From: Basidiobolus meristosporus CBS 931.73
Lineage: Eukaryota; Fungi; Basidiobolomycota
DNA length: 53,886 bases
Assembly (NCBI GenBank): GCA_002104905.1
Contig: MCFE01000605.1
Span: 1 to 53,886 of the forward strand
Reading direction: 5' to 3'
The translations under genes were made by a program, and so were the position numbers. Positions 38,500 through 51,780 of this stretch are shown one piece after another. How positions within the stretch are numbered: the first letter of the stretch is position 1; the number at the start of each line of letters is the position of its first letter. The notes beneath the pieces were generated by a model that made no database searches, was not told the origin of the DNA, and worked only from the letters and a program-made list of their open reading frames with translations.

Positions 38500-41400
38500 T
38501 TTCCCACTTTATTCAGATCTATGATCCTTTGATTTTCCCCTTATAGTCAAGCTCAAGTAGCATTTTTACCAAACATTATGTACAAACCCCAAAACTGTTA
38601 GAGAATGATCCAGATTGTTGTAAAGCCTCCTTACTTAGTGATACTGTTGTATTACTTCTACAAAGGATTAAATACTGAGCTTCTTTTGAATGTGCAACTC
38701 ATCAACTATTATCAATATTACTTGGTAAATTCCTTATATCCAAAGCCCTTCTGAATTTCCATCAGGTTGTAAGCTGCAATTGCCGTAACCTAATCTAAAG
38801 ATGACATCTGTGGTAATGGAGAGTATTTCATGACTACAGTATCCCAACAACATGGCACTCATTTCTTTATTTTGCTTTTTGCTATTGTAACATACAGAAT
38901 AAAGATCAAGAATTTACAACTATCAAGGACAAATACTTCAGACCCTGCCAAGCAATCCACCCAAGAATATCATGTCATACAGAACACACAGTTGCCAGCA
39001 TATTTTTGAAATTACAGCTCATTTGAAGCAGTACTTAAGGAGTTATGGCCAAACAAGTTCAAGTATTATATTTACCATGTCTCTATTGCTAGGATTATTA
39101 TGGTGACTTTGGTTGCATGTAACTTTCAAACCAGCCAATCACATCATGTGAAATTTATACTGGTGCTGTGCCTTTGTCCAATCTGCCCCACTGCAAGACT
39201 TCAGCTTTGTATCACGTGTATTGCTTTCACAATTGCCCAAAAAGTTTGATCCTTCAGAAATTTCATATATATGACTTCTCCAGCTGAAAAATAAGGGAGA
39301 GCCTCTCTTTCCAGAATCTCCACACTACAATTACAATTTTAAAGGTTATAAGACTTCCCCTGCATCACTTGCACTATTGAGCATTTTGACTTTGATTGGT
39401 ACCACATCAGTAAAGAGACTGCAAAGCTCACAAGAATTCAATCTAAGTTCTACAAGAAACTACCACTTTTCTGTTAGAAAAGTCCCCTCTAGAAACCCCT
39501 GTACTCTGAAGACACCCCTATAGAGAGCCTTCTAAGAAACATCTTTACTCTAAAGAAGCCCCTTTAGGCACCCCTTTAGTGTGAAGTCCACTGCAAAGAC
39601 TACTGGGAGAAGCCCCATTACTCTAAAGTCACCCCTTTAGACACCCCTCTAGGTCTAAAGACTCCTTCAGAGACTTCTATAACACACCCCTTTAGGTTAA
39701 AGGGGAGCTCCAAATTTCCATATTAGGAAATATTCTCTCAGAAAGTAAAGTGACTCCCAAATAAGGAAAACTCACTATAACAGAAAATAAGCCCATTAGT
39801 CAACAGAAGGTCAGAACACTGTTGTAGAAGTGAGAAACACTGCCTATAGTATATTTTGAGCCTAATATTGAGGATATTAGTGAAAGTTGCATCTTCTATT
39901 GGTATATCAAACTCCCAATAAAAATTTCAGTATTAGCAAACTGGAAGTTGTTGTATATTGTTGATTAGCCTTTACATTGTAGAACAAGCCCCAAACTAAT
40001 CATAATACAACACAACATATTCAGTAGCAATCAGAACAATACATATATCTTTCTTGTAAAGGTGAGGTTTAATAGAAAGAACTACACATGTTGGATGCAG
40101 TTGTATATGATAAATAAAAGATGCACTGTCTGCTTTGCAGCTTACCAGACAAGTCTGAGCCGCTCATACTTTCTTTTGAAAGTAGAGAAGACAATCAGCC
40201 TTGGACATTGTCATAGGAGGACTCTCCATGAAGGACTCAGATGTTATGATCAAGCAGAGAAAATTACATGAAAAGAAGGGAAAATAACAGAACCAAAGGA
40301 AACCTGTTTGCTGTAGCTACTGTAAGAGGTCAGGACAAGCTACAGCCAGTAGGTCTTCACAGCTCAGTATAAGTGATATCTCAGGGGCCATACCAGCAAA
40401 ATTGACCAACATACTATGTGCCTGGAATGACTAAGTACCTCTCTCAGTCAGTAGAGCAACTACCCAAGGACCCAGGGACCAAAATTTGCTTTTACTAAGC
40501 TGAGCTGCTTGATAGTAAGTGAAAATTGTCTAAATTTAGCTTTGGGAATCAGGGATCACAAAATATACAGGTTAAAATGTAGGATCATTGAATTGAATAT
40601 GTTGCCATTGCTGAAACTAATGAAACTAGCTGTGAGATGTTGCATAGGAGGCTAGGACACATTGAGAAATAGAAAATGAGATGATTGGCAAAATATCCAC
40701 TTTTTTAGGGCCTAAATTACTTGATTCCAAGCAAGTTGAGTATCTGCAAGAGATGTTCATATGGCAAACATGCTAGGGAATGTTTCAGGAGCTCAGGAGG
40801 CCTTAACATCACTTAATTTTGGCTATTGTGCACTCAGCCATATGTGGGTCCATCAGAAAATGGTGATTTGGAGCCAGGACATACTTTATGGCATTTATTG
40901 ATGACAATACAAGATATTAATAGGTGTTCTTCCTCATGACAAAGGATGCAGCTCTTGAGAAGTTCAGGCGCTTCAAAAACATGGCAGAAACATAAAATGG
41001 GCTAAGTTCAAGGTACCTCAAAGTGACAATGGAGGGGAATACTGCTTGAAGGAGTTTGCAGTATACTGCTCATATACTTGAACACTTCAATAGACCACTG
41101 TTCCACATACTCCACAGGAAAATGGAGTAGCAGAACATGCAAACTGAACAGTAGTATAGATGGGAAGATCTATGCTATATGAAAAGGGAATAGACATCAG
41201 GTTTTGGGCCAAATCTGTTGCTACCACAGTATACATCACAAAGTGATGCCCTACAATAGCACTACATGAGTCTACACCCCTGTAAGCATATACAGGGAGA
41301 AAACCAGACCTCCAGTGTATCAGGATCATTGACAGTGATGTGTTTTACCGCATCCCTGACAACAAACAATCAGAGTTGGAAGCAAAGAGTAGAAAATGGA

Positions 41401-42185
41401 TCTTACTTGGCTATTGTGATGATATTAAAGGGTATAGACTTTATGATGGCAAAATTCACAATCTGATCAAGAGTAGTGACATTATACTTGAGGAGAACTC
41501 ACAACATAGAGTCACTGAGATTATTAGCCAGCTACCAGATGATGCAATCACCACTAATGAAGACAATACTAACCAAGCCATATATGGAAGAAAACTCTAC
41601 TAGTTCCAGAACAGAACAGATCATCCCTGTTAGGAGATCTACCAGAGTAAGAAACAACCCTGGAGCTTGGAGGCAAACATCCAATGACCATGGAGAATCT
41701 TATCTTGACTTGGGTGCCAAACTGCAGAGTCTAGAACAAGTAATGCAAGGTACAAATATTACTATGTAGCAGCAAGCCATGAAGGGCAACTTTCATTTAT
41801 TGATCAGGGCTAAAATGTGGGAATGGGTAGTTAACCAATTGGGAGAAAGTCAATAGGATGTAGCTTGGTCTTCTACATTAAGATAACCTCAAATGGTACC
41901 ATTAATAAGCACTAGGCTTGATTGATGACTAGATGCTGTTCCCAGATCCAGGGACTAGACTTTAGCTAACCTTGGCTCTGGTAGCCAAATTTAACTCCAT
42001 TAGGACAGTTCTAGCCCTAGCAGCTGTACACAGTCTAGATGCACACAAAATGGATGTTAAAACAGCCTTTCTAAATGTAGATCTGCTAGAGGCTATATAT
42101 ATGGAGCAATCAAGGGGTCTTACAAAACTTTGCCAGCCCCATAATGTGTGCAGAATCAGGAAATTGTTGTATAAGCTTAAGGAGA
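38500..42185 (+). mobile_element. Ty1/copia gag-pol remnant interrupted by solo LTR Y
   Basis: Motifs LLCSLPDKSEPLI, LHRRLGHI, FIDDNTRY, PHTPQENGVAE, ILLGYCDDIKGYRLYD and KMDVKTAFLN appear in copia order (integrase before RT). Confidence 0.88.
38809..40017. mobile_element. solo LTR-like element Y (long copy, ~350-bp extra segment)
   Basis: Runs TGTGGT...CAACACAACA; inverted homologue of 49595..50453. Flanks CATC/TATT differ by two transitions. Confidence 0.65.
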
Positions 42186-42269
42186 CACTTGTAAACTTAC
42201 TAGGACTTGCCCTAGCTCTAGTCAAAGAATTGTTAGAGGGACTCAAGGGGATAATGACCCTTCATGTCA

Positions 42270-43970
42270 GTCAGACAGTCCTACAGGAGCCAAATAAGGG
42301 TACATACATAAATGTATGCATAGGGAATAAGGAGATTCTTGCCCTTATTGACACAGGATCATCTATGTTGATGATGACAGAATCATTAGCAAAACATTTA
42401 AAATTAGACATAAGACTTGTTCCATTAGATAGTGTCACATTGAGCCATGAGTGCCAAATGATCCCGTAATGTGCCAGAGAGGCCAAGTGAGCCTATACTT
42501 TGCCACAGAGTGTGAAACTTAGCTCTGCACCTTCACGCAATGCCACCCTTGTGTTTCACCCATTGTGTTGGAGAAAATACATTATTTAACCTTTTTTTTT
42601 AGGTCAATGTTGTGCAGGATGTGTCAGAGTACAAAAGAATTGAAGATATACATCTGGTACTCAATACCCATGGCACTCTGAATCTAGCTCTTGTGGCTTG
42701 TAACATGTCAGAAAAATGCATGGCACTATCTTGGTTCACTGGAACCGTCTGGTACTATATTTAATTATCAACTCTAAAGTAAGATCTATACAAATCACTC
42801 ACAGTGCCAGATAGTACCAGTGGACCAAGATAGTGCCATGCATTTTTCTGACATGTTACAAGCTACAGGAGCTAGATTCAGAGTGCCATATGTATTGAGT
42901 ACCAGATGCATGTCTTGAATTCTTCTGTTCTTTTACACATCCTGCGCAACATTGATCTACAAAAAACATCAAAAAATGAATTTTCTCCTGCATCATAGGA
43001 GAAACACAGGGGCTGCCGTGCATTATGATGCAGAGCTATGTTTCACACTCTGTGACCAAGTATAGGTTCACTTGGCCTCCCTGGCACACTATGGCATCAT
43101 TTGGCACTCATGGCTCAATGTGGCACTATCCAATGGAACAAGTCCATAATCCCCAACAACACCATCTGAAGCTGGGTAGCAAATGACCAACTAGATCAAA
43201 CAGTAGGTGGGGAACCTAATTGCCCCCTCTGGCTAGGTAAACTGATTATACACCAAGATGTTGTGGTCTTACCTATTGCAACCAACAACCTAGTTTTTGG
43301 CAAGAGTGGGCTTATCTCAAATAAGATGGACATACTCTACAGTGCATCTGAGCTCAGGTAGGATACCAGAGTATCCCTTGTTTGCCCAAATAGTGGAACA
43401 AAAGAATGCACTTGGAAAGTGCAAACGGAAACAGGTCACTCAAAGCTGGCAACACTCCCTCCACCAGCAAAAATCAATATAATAATGAAAACAAGACCAA
43501 CCTGTAGGTTTGATGAGGTATGACACAAACATTACATGCAACAAGAATCACCTATGAAGAAATATTTGCTGGGGCAGTCAGTTTAATACAAGACATAATC
43601 AGAGAGGGACAAGGCAAGTTACCCATGCCAATACAAAGTACGGAGTTATTACCCAAAAAACAGAATACCACCTGAGAGGAGGTTCCTTGATCATTAAGGA
43701 GAGGGATGCTGCATTGATTCCCATGTCCATACTGAACACTGTCAGACATAAGATGCAAGGAATCAACTGTTGTGCCCTCACAAGGCCTTGACAGCCCCCC
43801 TGTTTTGTTGGATATGTATCAGTGATAGGTACCGCAGTTGTTGAGGTATATGCAGGCCTGGTAGAAGCTGCTAGATCACCAGAAGTAAAGCTCCTAATCA
43901 AAGGACCCCTCCATGAAATCCACACACATCTTAAACTCTATTTCTAAGAAAGACCTATCCTGGTGTCAAT
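42270..43970 (+). mobile_element. Ty3/gypsy protease to RT-start fragment (different family)
   Basis: Reads LALIDTGSS. The frame is restored across R7 (LDI|IPNNTI), and LNSISKKD lies near 43930. Confidence 0.65.
42413..43145. mobile_element. palindromic foldback MITE copy R7 (complete)
   Basis: Runs AGACTTGTTC...GAACAAGTCC with a perfect ATA TSD. Confidence 0.92.
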
Positions 43971-44283
43971 AGACTTGCTCTATTGAATAGTGCCACATTG
44001 AGCCATGAGTGCCAAATACTGCCATTGTGTGTTAGAGAGGCATAGGAGACCTAAATTTGGCCACAGAGTGTGAAACATAAATGCTCATATTCATGCAAAG
44101 CTGCCCCTCTATTTTGCCCATTGTGCTGGGAAAATCCATTTTTTGACCTTTTTTTGGGGGTCAATGTTGTGCATGATGTGTAAGAACACAAAAGGACTGA
44201 AGATATCTACCTGGTACTCAATAATCATGGCACTCTGAATCTAGCTCTTGTTGCTTGTGACATGTTACAAAAATGCGTGGCAC
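43971..44283. mobile_element. foldback MITE copy R8 (single arm)
   Basis: Starts AGACTTGCTC and stops just before the centre. Confidence 0.8.
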
Positions 44284-44959
44284 CAAGAACAGGCCCCAAC
44301 AATGTTTATAAGATAAAGAAGCAACACTTTATTATATTATTGCATATCTTCCTGTTTGCCAATCCCCCCAAGGAACTCACCCAGAACCCTTTGGTTTGCC
44401 AATTGTTTGGCTCTGCGGAATACATCCCTTGAACAGCCCAAGCCACATCCCACTCTGCTGCTAAATGGTATCAGGTACATGCCTGCAATCCTCTTGCAAG
44501 TGACAACCAACAATAATACTATGCTGACTCCCCATGCTCTGTAAACTAGTTTGACCCTGGAGAAGCAAGTTAGCTATAGTACTATGAGGACAAAGCTCCA
44601 TCTTAGCCTCTGGGATATGTGAGTACTAAATGTAATACCCACTCTTTGCCCAAGAGTTCCCCCAGAGTCCTACCCAAAGTATCCCCAGTATCCTCCCTAT
44701 GAGTTCCTCACACATCCTTCCTCCTAATCCTGTTCTTACCTAGTAACAATGGTTACCATAACAGGAAGGTGTTCACACCCCTATTTTCTAACACATTGTC
44801 TATCATCTAAGCCCCTCTCAGTAAGATACATATATATCCAACAGAGACAAGTTGAAAAGGACATATTTTTGACACACTAAGTATAAGTCTTTATTATGCT
44901 GCTCTCTTTGATTGGAAGCTATTCTGAGCCAAATGGTACTGACTTGACCTACAAGCTCT

Positions 44960-45060
44960 CCCAACTACTGAGTATAGTCAGTAATAATCCACACATTGGA
45001 GATACTGCAGCCATCAGCAAGATAGCTGGCTTTTCTGGGCACAATGGATAGTATTGCCCT
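44960..45060 (+). mobile_element. small inverted CACTA transposase fragment
   Basis: Reads GDTAAISKIAGFSGHNG*YC. Confidence 0.6.
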
Positions 45061-45064
45061 ATGA

Positions 45065-48000
45065 AAAATAATTTGGTCCTGCAGGTGGATCCACTCTGGA
45101 TCAGCCATTGTAGTCCTCTCAGGAGAGTGCAATAACATCAGCAGCTTGGGATTAATGACTATTTACACAATCTTATGATGGGATCAAAATGGTGTTTGGA
45201 TAATTGTACAGCCAAACAAAGTTAAAAACATAATAGTGTCTTTAAGGTATTTTACCAAGGATGGCATAGCATTGTTGCAGTCTTGGTAGGATCTACAACT
45301 ATATAAGTGGATCTAACCAGCCAGTACATTCAATTGCCTTATATGAAAAAACATGATGTTTTTTTGATGGCCTTATTGCAATCTCTCATGGCACTACAGC
45401 TAGTTTGTATAATTCTACCATACCAATTACCAAATGGTATTTCCTTTTTCTACCTTCCCTGCACAGTTCATATATTCTACTGTAGAATCACCCCACTTTA
45501 TTTGCTTACCCACTACTACTTTGGGTATTCCACATATAGTTCAAATCAAAGAATGCTATGGCCTCCTGCTTACTAGCCTCTACAAATGCACACACCTGCT
45601 GCAATTGACATACTTCTATAACCTCAACTTTACGGCTTTTTAGTGTGATACCTACAAGGGTTTCCATATACCTTGTATTGCTAGTACCATTTATATCTTG
45701 GAAACATATGCTTGGCTGCCACCACTTCTGTCATCAGTACCTCCTGAATATCTGCTAAGAACTTACTGATATTTAGCCCATATATTCCTTCTCCCTGCTG
45801 GATTCTAGTACACCTTATAGATGCACTCTGCCTCATGCTTGTGTGAATTCTGTGTTAAATGGTGTAGAAGTTGGCTTCTGACCAAGAGAAATCTAGCATA
45901 CCTTGTCAGAGTTTTCCTAATAAAAGTTAATTGCTTGTTGCACCCAACCCAACTTTGCATTACTTAACTGATCACCCATGCATTGGGGCTGCTTGGCATC
46001 TTAATGCCATAGGCATAGGTGTCTCCATGTGCACTTCTGTTCTCAGTATTTAACACCTCTCCCCTGCTGTTGCACATGTGCTAACTCATCACATCCATGA
46101 TGAACTTGAAGGTAGCATTCTTGAGGAGATTGGGATATGGTAGTACCTGCAACTTGACTTGTCTTCCCACCTCCCCAAACATCTGCTCCATAGGAAACTC
46201 CCAAGAGGTGAAGCAAGGTCCAATATTTTCAGCACACCAAGCAAGATGGGGTAGCAAATGGATACAGTGGCAGCAGAGATCTATGTGTTCAGCTTTATGC
46301 TTGTAGTATAGCCACTAAAATCCCATGACAAACTCTTTCCACAAAAGCTGTAGATGTGTCAAGTTGGCATTGGTGATCCACTTCTAGATGTAAATTCCTA
46401 CAATCTACATATACAACTCCCAATGCTTCCAATGTACACCTGGTAGAAATGGCTTTTGAAGGTAACTTCAATATATACATATCCAGTTCATCCAGTCCTT
46501 GCACTTATAATGTTGCCTATGCATATAAATATTGATTGGAGCCTGTGAGAAGTATTTAGGGTAGCAGATGCTCTGTAATACTTTGCCAATTCTTTCCAAT
46601 TTCACCAGTATCTCAAAGGGCTCATTTAGCTTGAAATACCCTGTGTACACTTTGGTCATCAGAACATGGATATTGTTGAAAAGCAAGTGCATTGCTCCCT
46701 GTGGAAAGCTTCTGATCCAACAGATACCCTCTATCTTAAGTATCTCTGGTTCCCAACTAATTCCATATTCTGGCTGATGACTTATAGCTTGCCAACTTTA
46801 CTGCAATTGCATGCTGCATTCTCTATGTTCTCTCCACCAAAAGATGATGTTCTCAGTATTGGTGTTTGGGTAGTAGTAATGTGTGTGAGTTATGGAGTAA
46901 GTCCCCTGGATCTCATACAACTGAAAGCAATACTGTCAATTGTGCCTGAAAAGCTGGCTGTCTTGCTGATTGCAGGGGTGTCTGCAATGCAGATAATCAT
47001 ATGAGCTTTTACATGTCAGCCATTTACTGTTATCCTGCAGGGAATCATACAAGTTTATCCAGCTATGGATACAGGTAGCTATCAAGGTTGGAGGGTGATT
47101 TAGGCTTATATACAAGTGAGACTACCATCAGATTTCTACTCTGATATTGTAAGATAGGTGGCAGATTTAGGTTGATGAGAATCAATGGCCAGCAGCAATT
47201 GCTGGTAGAGTACTTTTTTAATGAGAACCCATCAAGTGCCAAGGCATAGGCATGGTCATACACACCTTCAAAGTAGCACTTGCTTCTTGGCTGCTTGTAG
47301 TGTTTGCCATCAAATATATCTAATATTTTTGCACTAGATTAATTCTGAGTGTTATACTTTATAGCTTCAAAATATGTGTTGGACTGCATGAGCTTCTTTA
47401 GACAGGGTATTACCAGAATATATCCAGAGTGTGACCTATATTTTCCCCCAATGGTGGTGCATTCCTGACAAGTTTGACAGCTTGCAATGGTGGCACTTTC
47501 TGATGTGAGTGCCATGCAAATGCTAACACATGCTGATATCAGGACAGTGTCTGGGTCATATGTTACCAGCTGCATGATGGTTTTGCATATACTATTTTCA
47601 TGGTAAGTAGCATCCCAGGATAATTTAGGCAAGAAGCAGTAGTAAATCCTCAAAGCCCCCATTACTGATATTAGTAGATATGTGCCACTTCTCTTGACAC
47701 AACATTACATCATTCACCAGTAGATGGATTACTGGGCTTTCTCTATTCCATAGAGCATCCTTGGGATTTTTTCTGCAGGTGTTGTTTCATTGCATAATGG
47801 GACTTTGCTGGGCTCATGCAGGGTACTGTTGTTAGGGAAGGTAGGCTCACAATCCATCAGTGAGCCTGCTTCTTCAGAGCTATCACTCTGTGTGCCATAT
47901 TCAGAAGGCTGGGGTTAGCCTAAAGGCTTCACAAACTCTCCTGACTCAGTTTGTGCAAGGTGACTAGTATGGCCTGATGCTGTTATAGAAGCATCAAGTG

Positions 48001-48520
48001 GCTGGCAAGATGTTGTTGGTATAGTAGTGACCAGTGAATTGTCAAATATGACTTGTGTTGCAAAACATTTGCTATGATCCTTGTAATACCTCCTATGCTG
48101 TCTATGTGCTTCATGACTGAGAGGCTAGCTACAATAGCCATACAGTCTTTTTTCTCTTCTCTTACAGTGTTGAATCAAAGTAGCCTTGTTCATGGGGCAA
48201 ACAGTTTGACACTTGACAACATAGCTTGATTATATCACTCTTTTGTCAAGACTCATTTAAATAAAAGACAGTCTTGTATATGAGACATTGCACCTATATG
48301 AATGTAGAGTTCAATGATGACCCACCATAGTGAGCATTATAAGTAAAGTTGTAGCACAACATACATATGTATATGTAGCCCCATTTCCCCTTTGGTTTGA
48401 CTCACTTCCATATATATGCCACTAAAAAATAAAGCAAAGTTGTCTGGTTCCCAACCAGACCCTACTGCTGGCAGCAGCAGGAGAATAGTTGGACAACAGC
48501 TTGCCTTAACATTCCTATGA
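45065..48520 (-). mobile_element. CACTA/EnSpm transposase pseudogene (Transposase_21 + DUF4218-like)
   Basis: ORF 47339..47662 carries the C..C...CxxC..YI..IP.LK region. ORF 47063..47263 reads ALALDGF...CWPLILINLNLPP...PSNLDSYLYP; ADTPAISK follows downstream. Confidence 0.85.
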
Positions 48521-51100
48521 AAAATAATTGAGATGATCCTGTCAAAAGGCTGTCACAAAGTTAAAGTCCTGTGACTAAGAGGCACTGGTCTTGGCAGGAC
48601 ACCATCCAGACACCATTGAAAAATCATTACACCCCAGATTTCACAAAAAACTTTGTCAAAATTTTTCATCACAACAATGTATAAGTGGCTTTTGATTGGT
48701 TCCCTGCCAATTTGCTCACTTTCTGAACCCAGACACTCCATTGCCTCCTATGTTTGTGTGAATTGATTGGCTATTGCCTCTTTTTCACACTCCTTACTTC
48801 CTGACTCAACTGTTTCTCTTACTTTCATGCATACAAATTGATTTATTTCCATTGAAACTTCAGTTTTACCTCAGTTGCCAATTGTATTGACCTATACAAG
48901 TCTCCATACCCTACACTAACATTACGTCCAACCTTACACTCAACAAGTAACTCCATTAAAATCCACTGCTCAATAAGTATTTTGGCTGTAATGCTCTGGT
49001 TCCACGGCTTTGGCAGGAACTTGGTGGCTTTATACTACTGTTCATTCACTGGTTCCCACATGTCCTGGTCTTCAGCCAGCACTGGAAGGTCTAGCTCCTC
49101 ATCTGCCAGTCTTTGCAATAAGTCCTTGCAATATTCCAGTGCATTTTCTTGAGCACTGCTCTTGAAGAAGTGCTGCAGCCTCTTGGTGTGCCTATTAATG
49201 TTCCAAAACTCCTCTGAAGGCGTTGTGATAGTCTTTCAAGCTCTTGAAGCTGTAGCCTTGTCTGTCAGTGGGATCTTCACTCTGTCAACAATGGAGGCTG
49301 TGGAGGCTGTGGATGCTGTGGTAGTCAAGTTGCCTTTTTGAGCAAACTCATCTACCTTGCTGGAGTGTAATTCAACTGGCTGCACTTCCAACTCTTATGA
49401 AAACAGTTGTTTTCTTGTTAGTAATTCTTCTTGCTAAAATGGGACTCAGCCTGTTCCTGGCTTGTGGCATTAATTGGCATGAACTGCAGTTTTTTTTGTA
49501 TGCCTCCCTGTCTCAGGCTTGTGTAGACATTTTTCCCTTTACCTTTTCCTTTATCACTGCCAGGTCTTTCACTGCTACTTTGTCTGAGTGCTTCTGTTGT
49601 GTTGTATTATGATTAGTTTGGGGCTTGTTTGACAATGTAGAGGCTAATCAACAATATACAACAACTTCCAGTATGCTAATACTGAGATAGTTTATTGGGA
49701 GTTTGATATACCAATGAAAGATATAACTCTCACTAATTTCCTCAATCTTAGGCTCAAAATATACTGTAGGCAGTGTTTATCACTTCTACAGCAGTGTTCT
49801 GACCTTCTGTTGACTAATGGGCTTATTTACTTTTATAGTAACTTTTCCTTATTTGGAAGTCACTTTCCTTAATGAGAGAATATCTCCTAAAATGGAAATT
49901 CTGAACTCCCCTTTAACCTAAAGAGGTGTGTTGTAGAAGTCTCTAAAGGGGTCTTTAGACCCAAAGGGGTGTTTAAAGGGGTGTCTTTAGAGTAAAGGGG
50001 CTTCTTGTAGTGGTCTCTAAAGTGGACTTTACACTAAAGGGGTGCCTAAAGGGGCTTCTTTAGAGTAAAGGGGTTTCTTAAAGGGGTCTCTAAAGGGGTG
50101 TCTTTAGAGTAAAGGGGTTTTTTAGAGGGGACTTTTCTGACAGAAATGTGGTAGTTTCTTGTAGAACTTAGATTGGATTCTTGTGAGCTTTGCAGTCTCT
50201 TTACTGATGTAGTACTGATCAAAGTCAGAATACTCAGCAGTGCAAGTGATGCAGGGGAAGTCATATAACCTTTAAACTTGTAATTGTAGTGTGGAGATTC
50301 TGGAAAGAGAGGCTCTCTCTTTATTTTTCAGCTGGGGAAGTCATATATATGAAAATTTTGAAGGATCAAATGATAGCAAAAAGCAAAATAAAGAAATGAG
50401 TGCAATATTGGTTTTAGAGATATTGTAGTAATGGAATACTTTCCATCACCACACTTCTTGTAAAGAACTACATTTTCTCCTGGATAAATTCTGCTCTGAC
50501 GCATCTGTTTTGGCCTGCTTGTCCCTTGCTGGCACTCTTCTGGCAACCTGACGTTTCTTTTCAGCTTGCTTTGAGCTCTCAACCGTAGTTGTTACAGTCT
50601 TCTGTAAAAGCTGCTGGTTTTTATCACTGCCAGTTCCTTCACTGCTACTTTGACTGGGTGCTTCTTGAGTAGTACTATACTTTTTCCTTGATAAATGTTG
50701 TGCTGGTGCATCCATGTCTGCACGCTTGTCCCTAATTGGCACTCCTCCAACTGCGTGACGTCTCTTTGGCGCTTGTCTGGAGCTTTTGGCCCTGCTTGTA
50801 ACAGGCTCTTGAGGAAGCCACTTTTTTTTAGCCATTGCACCCTTGTTCTTCTGCCTATGATAGATTCTGCTATTTTTAAGATACTTTATTAGCATACCAA
50901 TGCTGACCCAAGATTTGTTTGCCCATTTGAATCCTGGATAATGTTCATGGAACAAGTCAAGTGCATTCTGCTTGGCCCTGAGCTCCTGATGGTCCCATGG
51001 TAAGCCAGCCTTAAGGTGATGGTGTGCTAGACTTCTGACAACCTCTTGTATATTAGCCCACTTTTCATTACTGCACTCAATGGTGTGGTGGGGTCACAGT
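48520..51100 (-). mobile_element. family K accessory ORF upstream of the CACTA transposase, interrupted by solo LTR Y
   Basis: ORF 50446..50955 and upstream sequence read KWANIQEVVRSLAHHHLKAGLPWDHQ..FHEHYPGFKWANKSW..MLIKYLKN; same strand as the transposase. Confidence 0.65.
49595..50453. mobile_element. solo LTR-like element Y (859 bp)
   Basis: TGTTGTG...CACCACA termini with a perfect CTTC TSD; removal rejoins family K sequence (compare 22385-22425). Confidence 0.85.
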
Positions 51101-51251
51101 GACACCCACAGGCAGATGTGCTCATTCCCATACGTTCACTTCCCTAAAAAGGATTACCCCCCACCTATATTAGTATCATCCCAAATTGCAATATTTTCTA
51201 TCTGTCTATGTGATTATTACTATGCAACCTGACAAACTATTTGTCACTATT

Positions 51252-51780
51252 TGTCATGATCACATGATAACCATGAACACCCATGCCAAGTTTCAGCTTC
51301 CTAGCTCAATTACTAAGAGATTCCTTCTGGAACCTTCTACCACCTTCCAGAAAGTTCCTGACCATTCCAAACCATTGTTACACAATGGAACATTCCATGG
51401 AAGCTTTCCATCGTATTTTTCATAGTCCAGTACCATATATGGAGATACCAGGTCACATGACTTAGTCACATGATCAGGTGACCCAATCCATTTCCCCATC
51501 CTGTCTCAGTGCCATGTCATCTATGTCATTATCCCCAGCACCATTGCTGTGCCTCACCCCACAACCCCATTAGTATTAGCTAATATCTCTTGGCATCAGT
51601 ATAGCCAAAAAGTATATATAGTCCTATTCCCCCTTAAGTATTCCTCAGTCTGATAAACACAGGTCTTGAATAAACAGCCTTGCCTTGGAAATCCGCCTTG
51701 CCTTGTTGATCCACACCTAAGTCCTTTCCTGGTCCTGCCTTGCCTAGCTCTACACTCCGGCCTTGTGTCTATTCATAACA
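51252..51780 (+). repeat. probable 5' LTR of the young Ty3 element
   Basis: TGTCATG...CATAACA termini, TATA-like tract near 51612, AATAAA at 51669, upstream of gag. The second LTR is not in the window. Confidence 0.6.

Noticed and set aside
49621-49632. GGGCTTGTTT as a Harbinger TIR of element Y
   Set aside because: Homology between the two Y copies extends 26 bp further, to a TGT terminus with a 4-bp TSD.
50946-50958. GACTTGTTCCAT (minus strand; also at ~21896) as a MITE terminus
   Set aside because: It lies inside the family K reading frame (D-L-F-H) in both copies, with no arm sequence beyond it.
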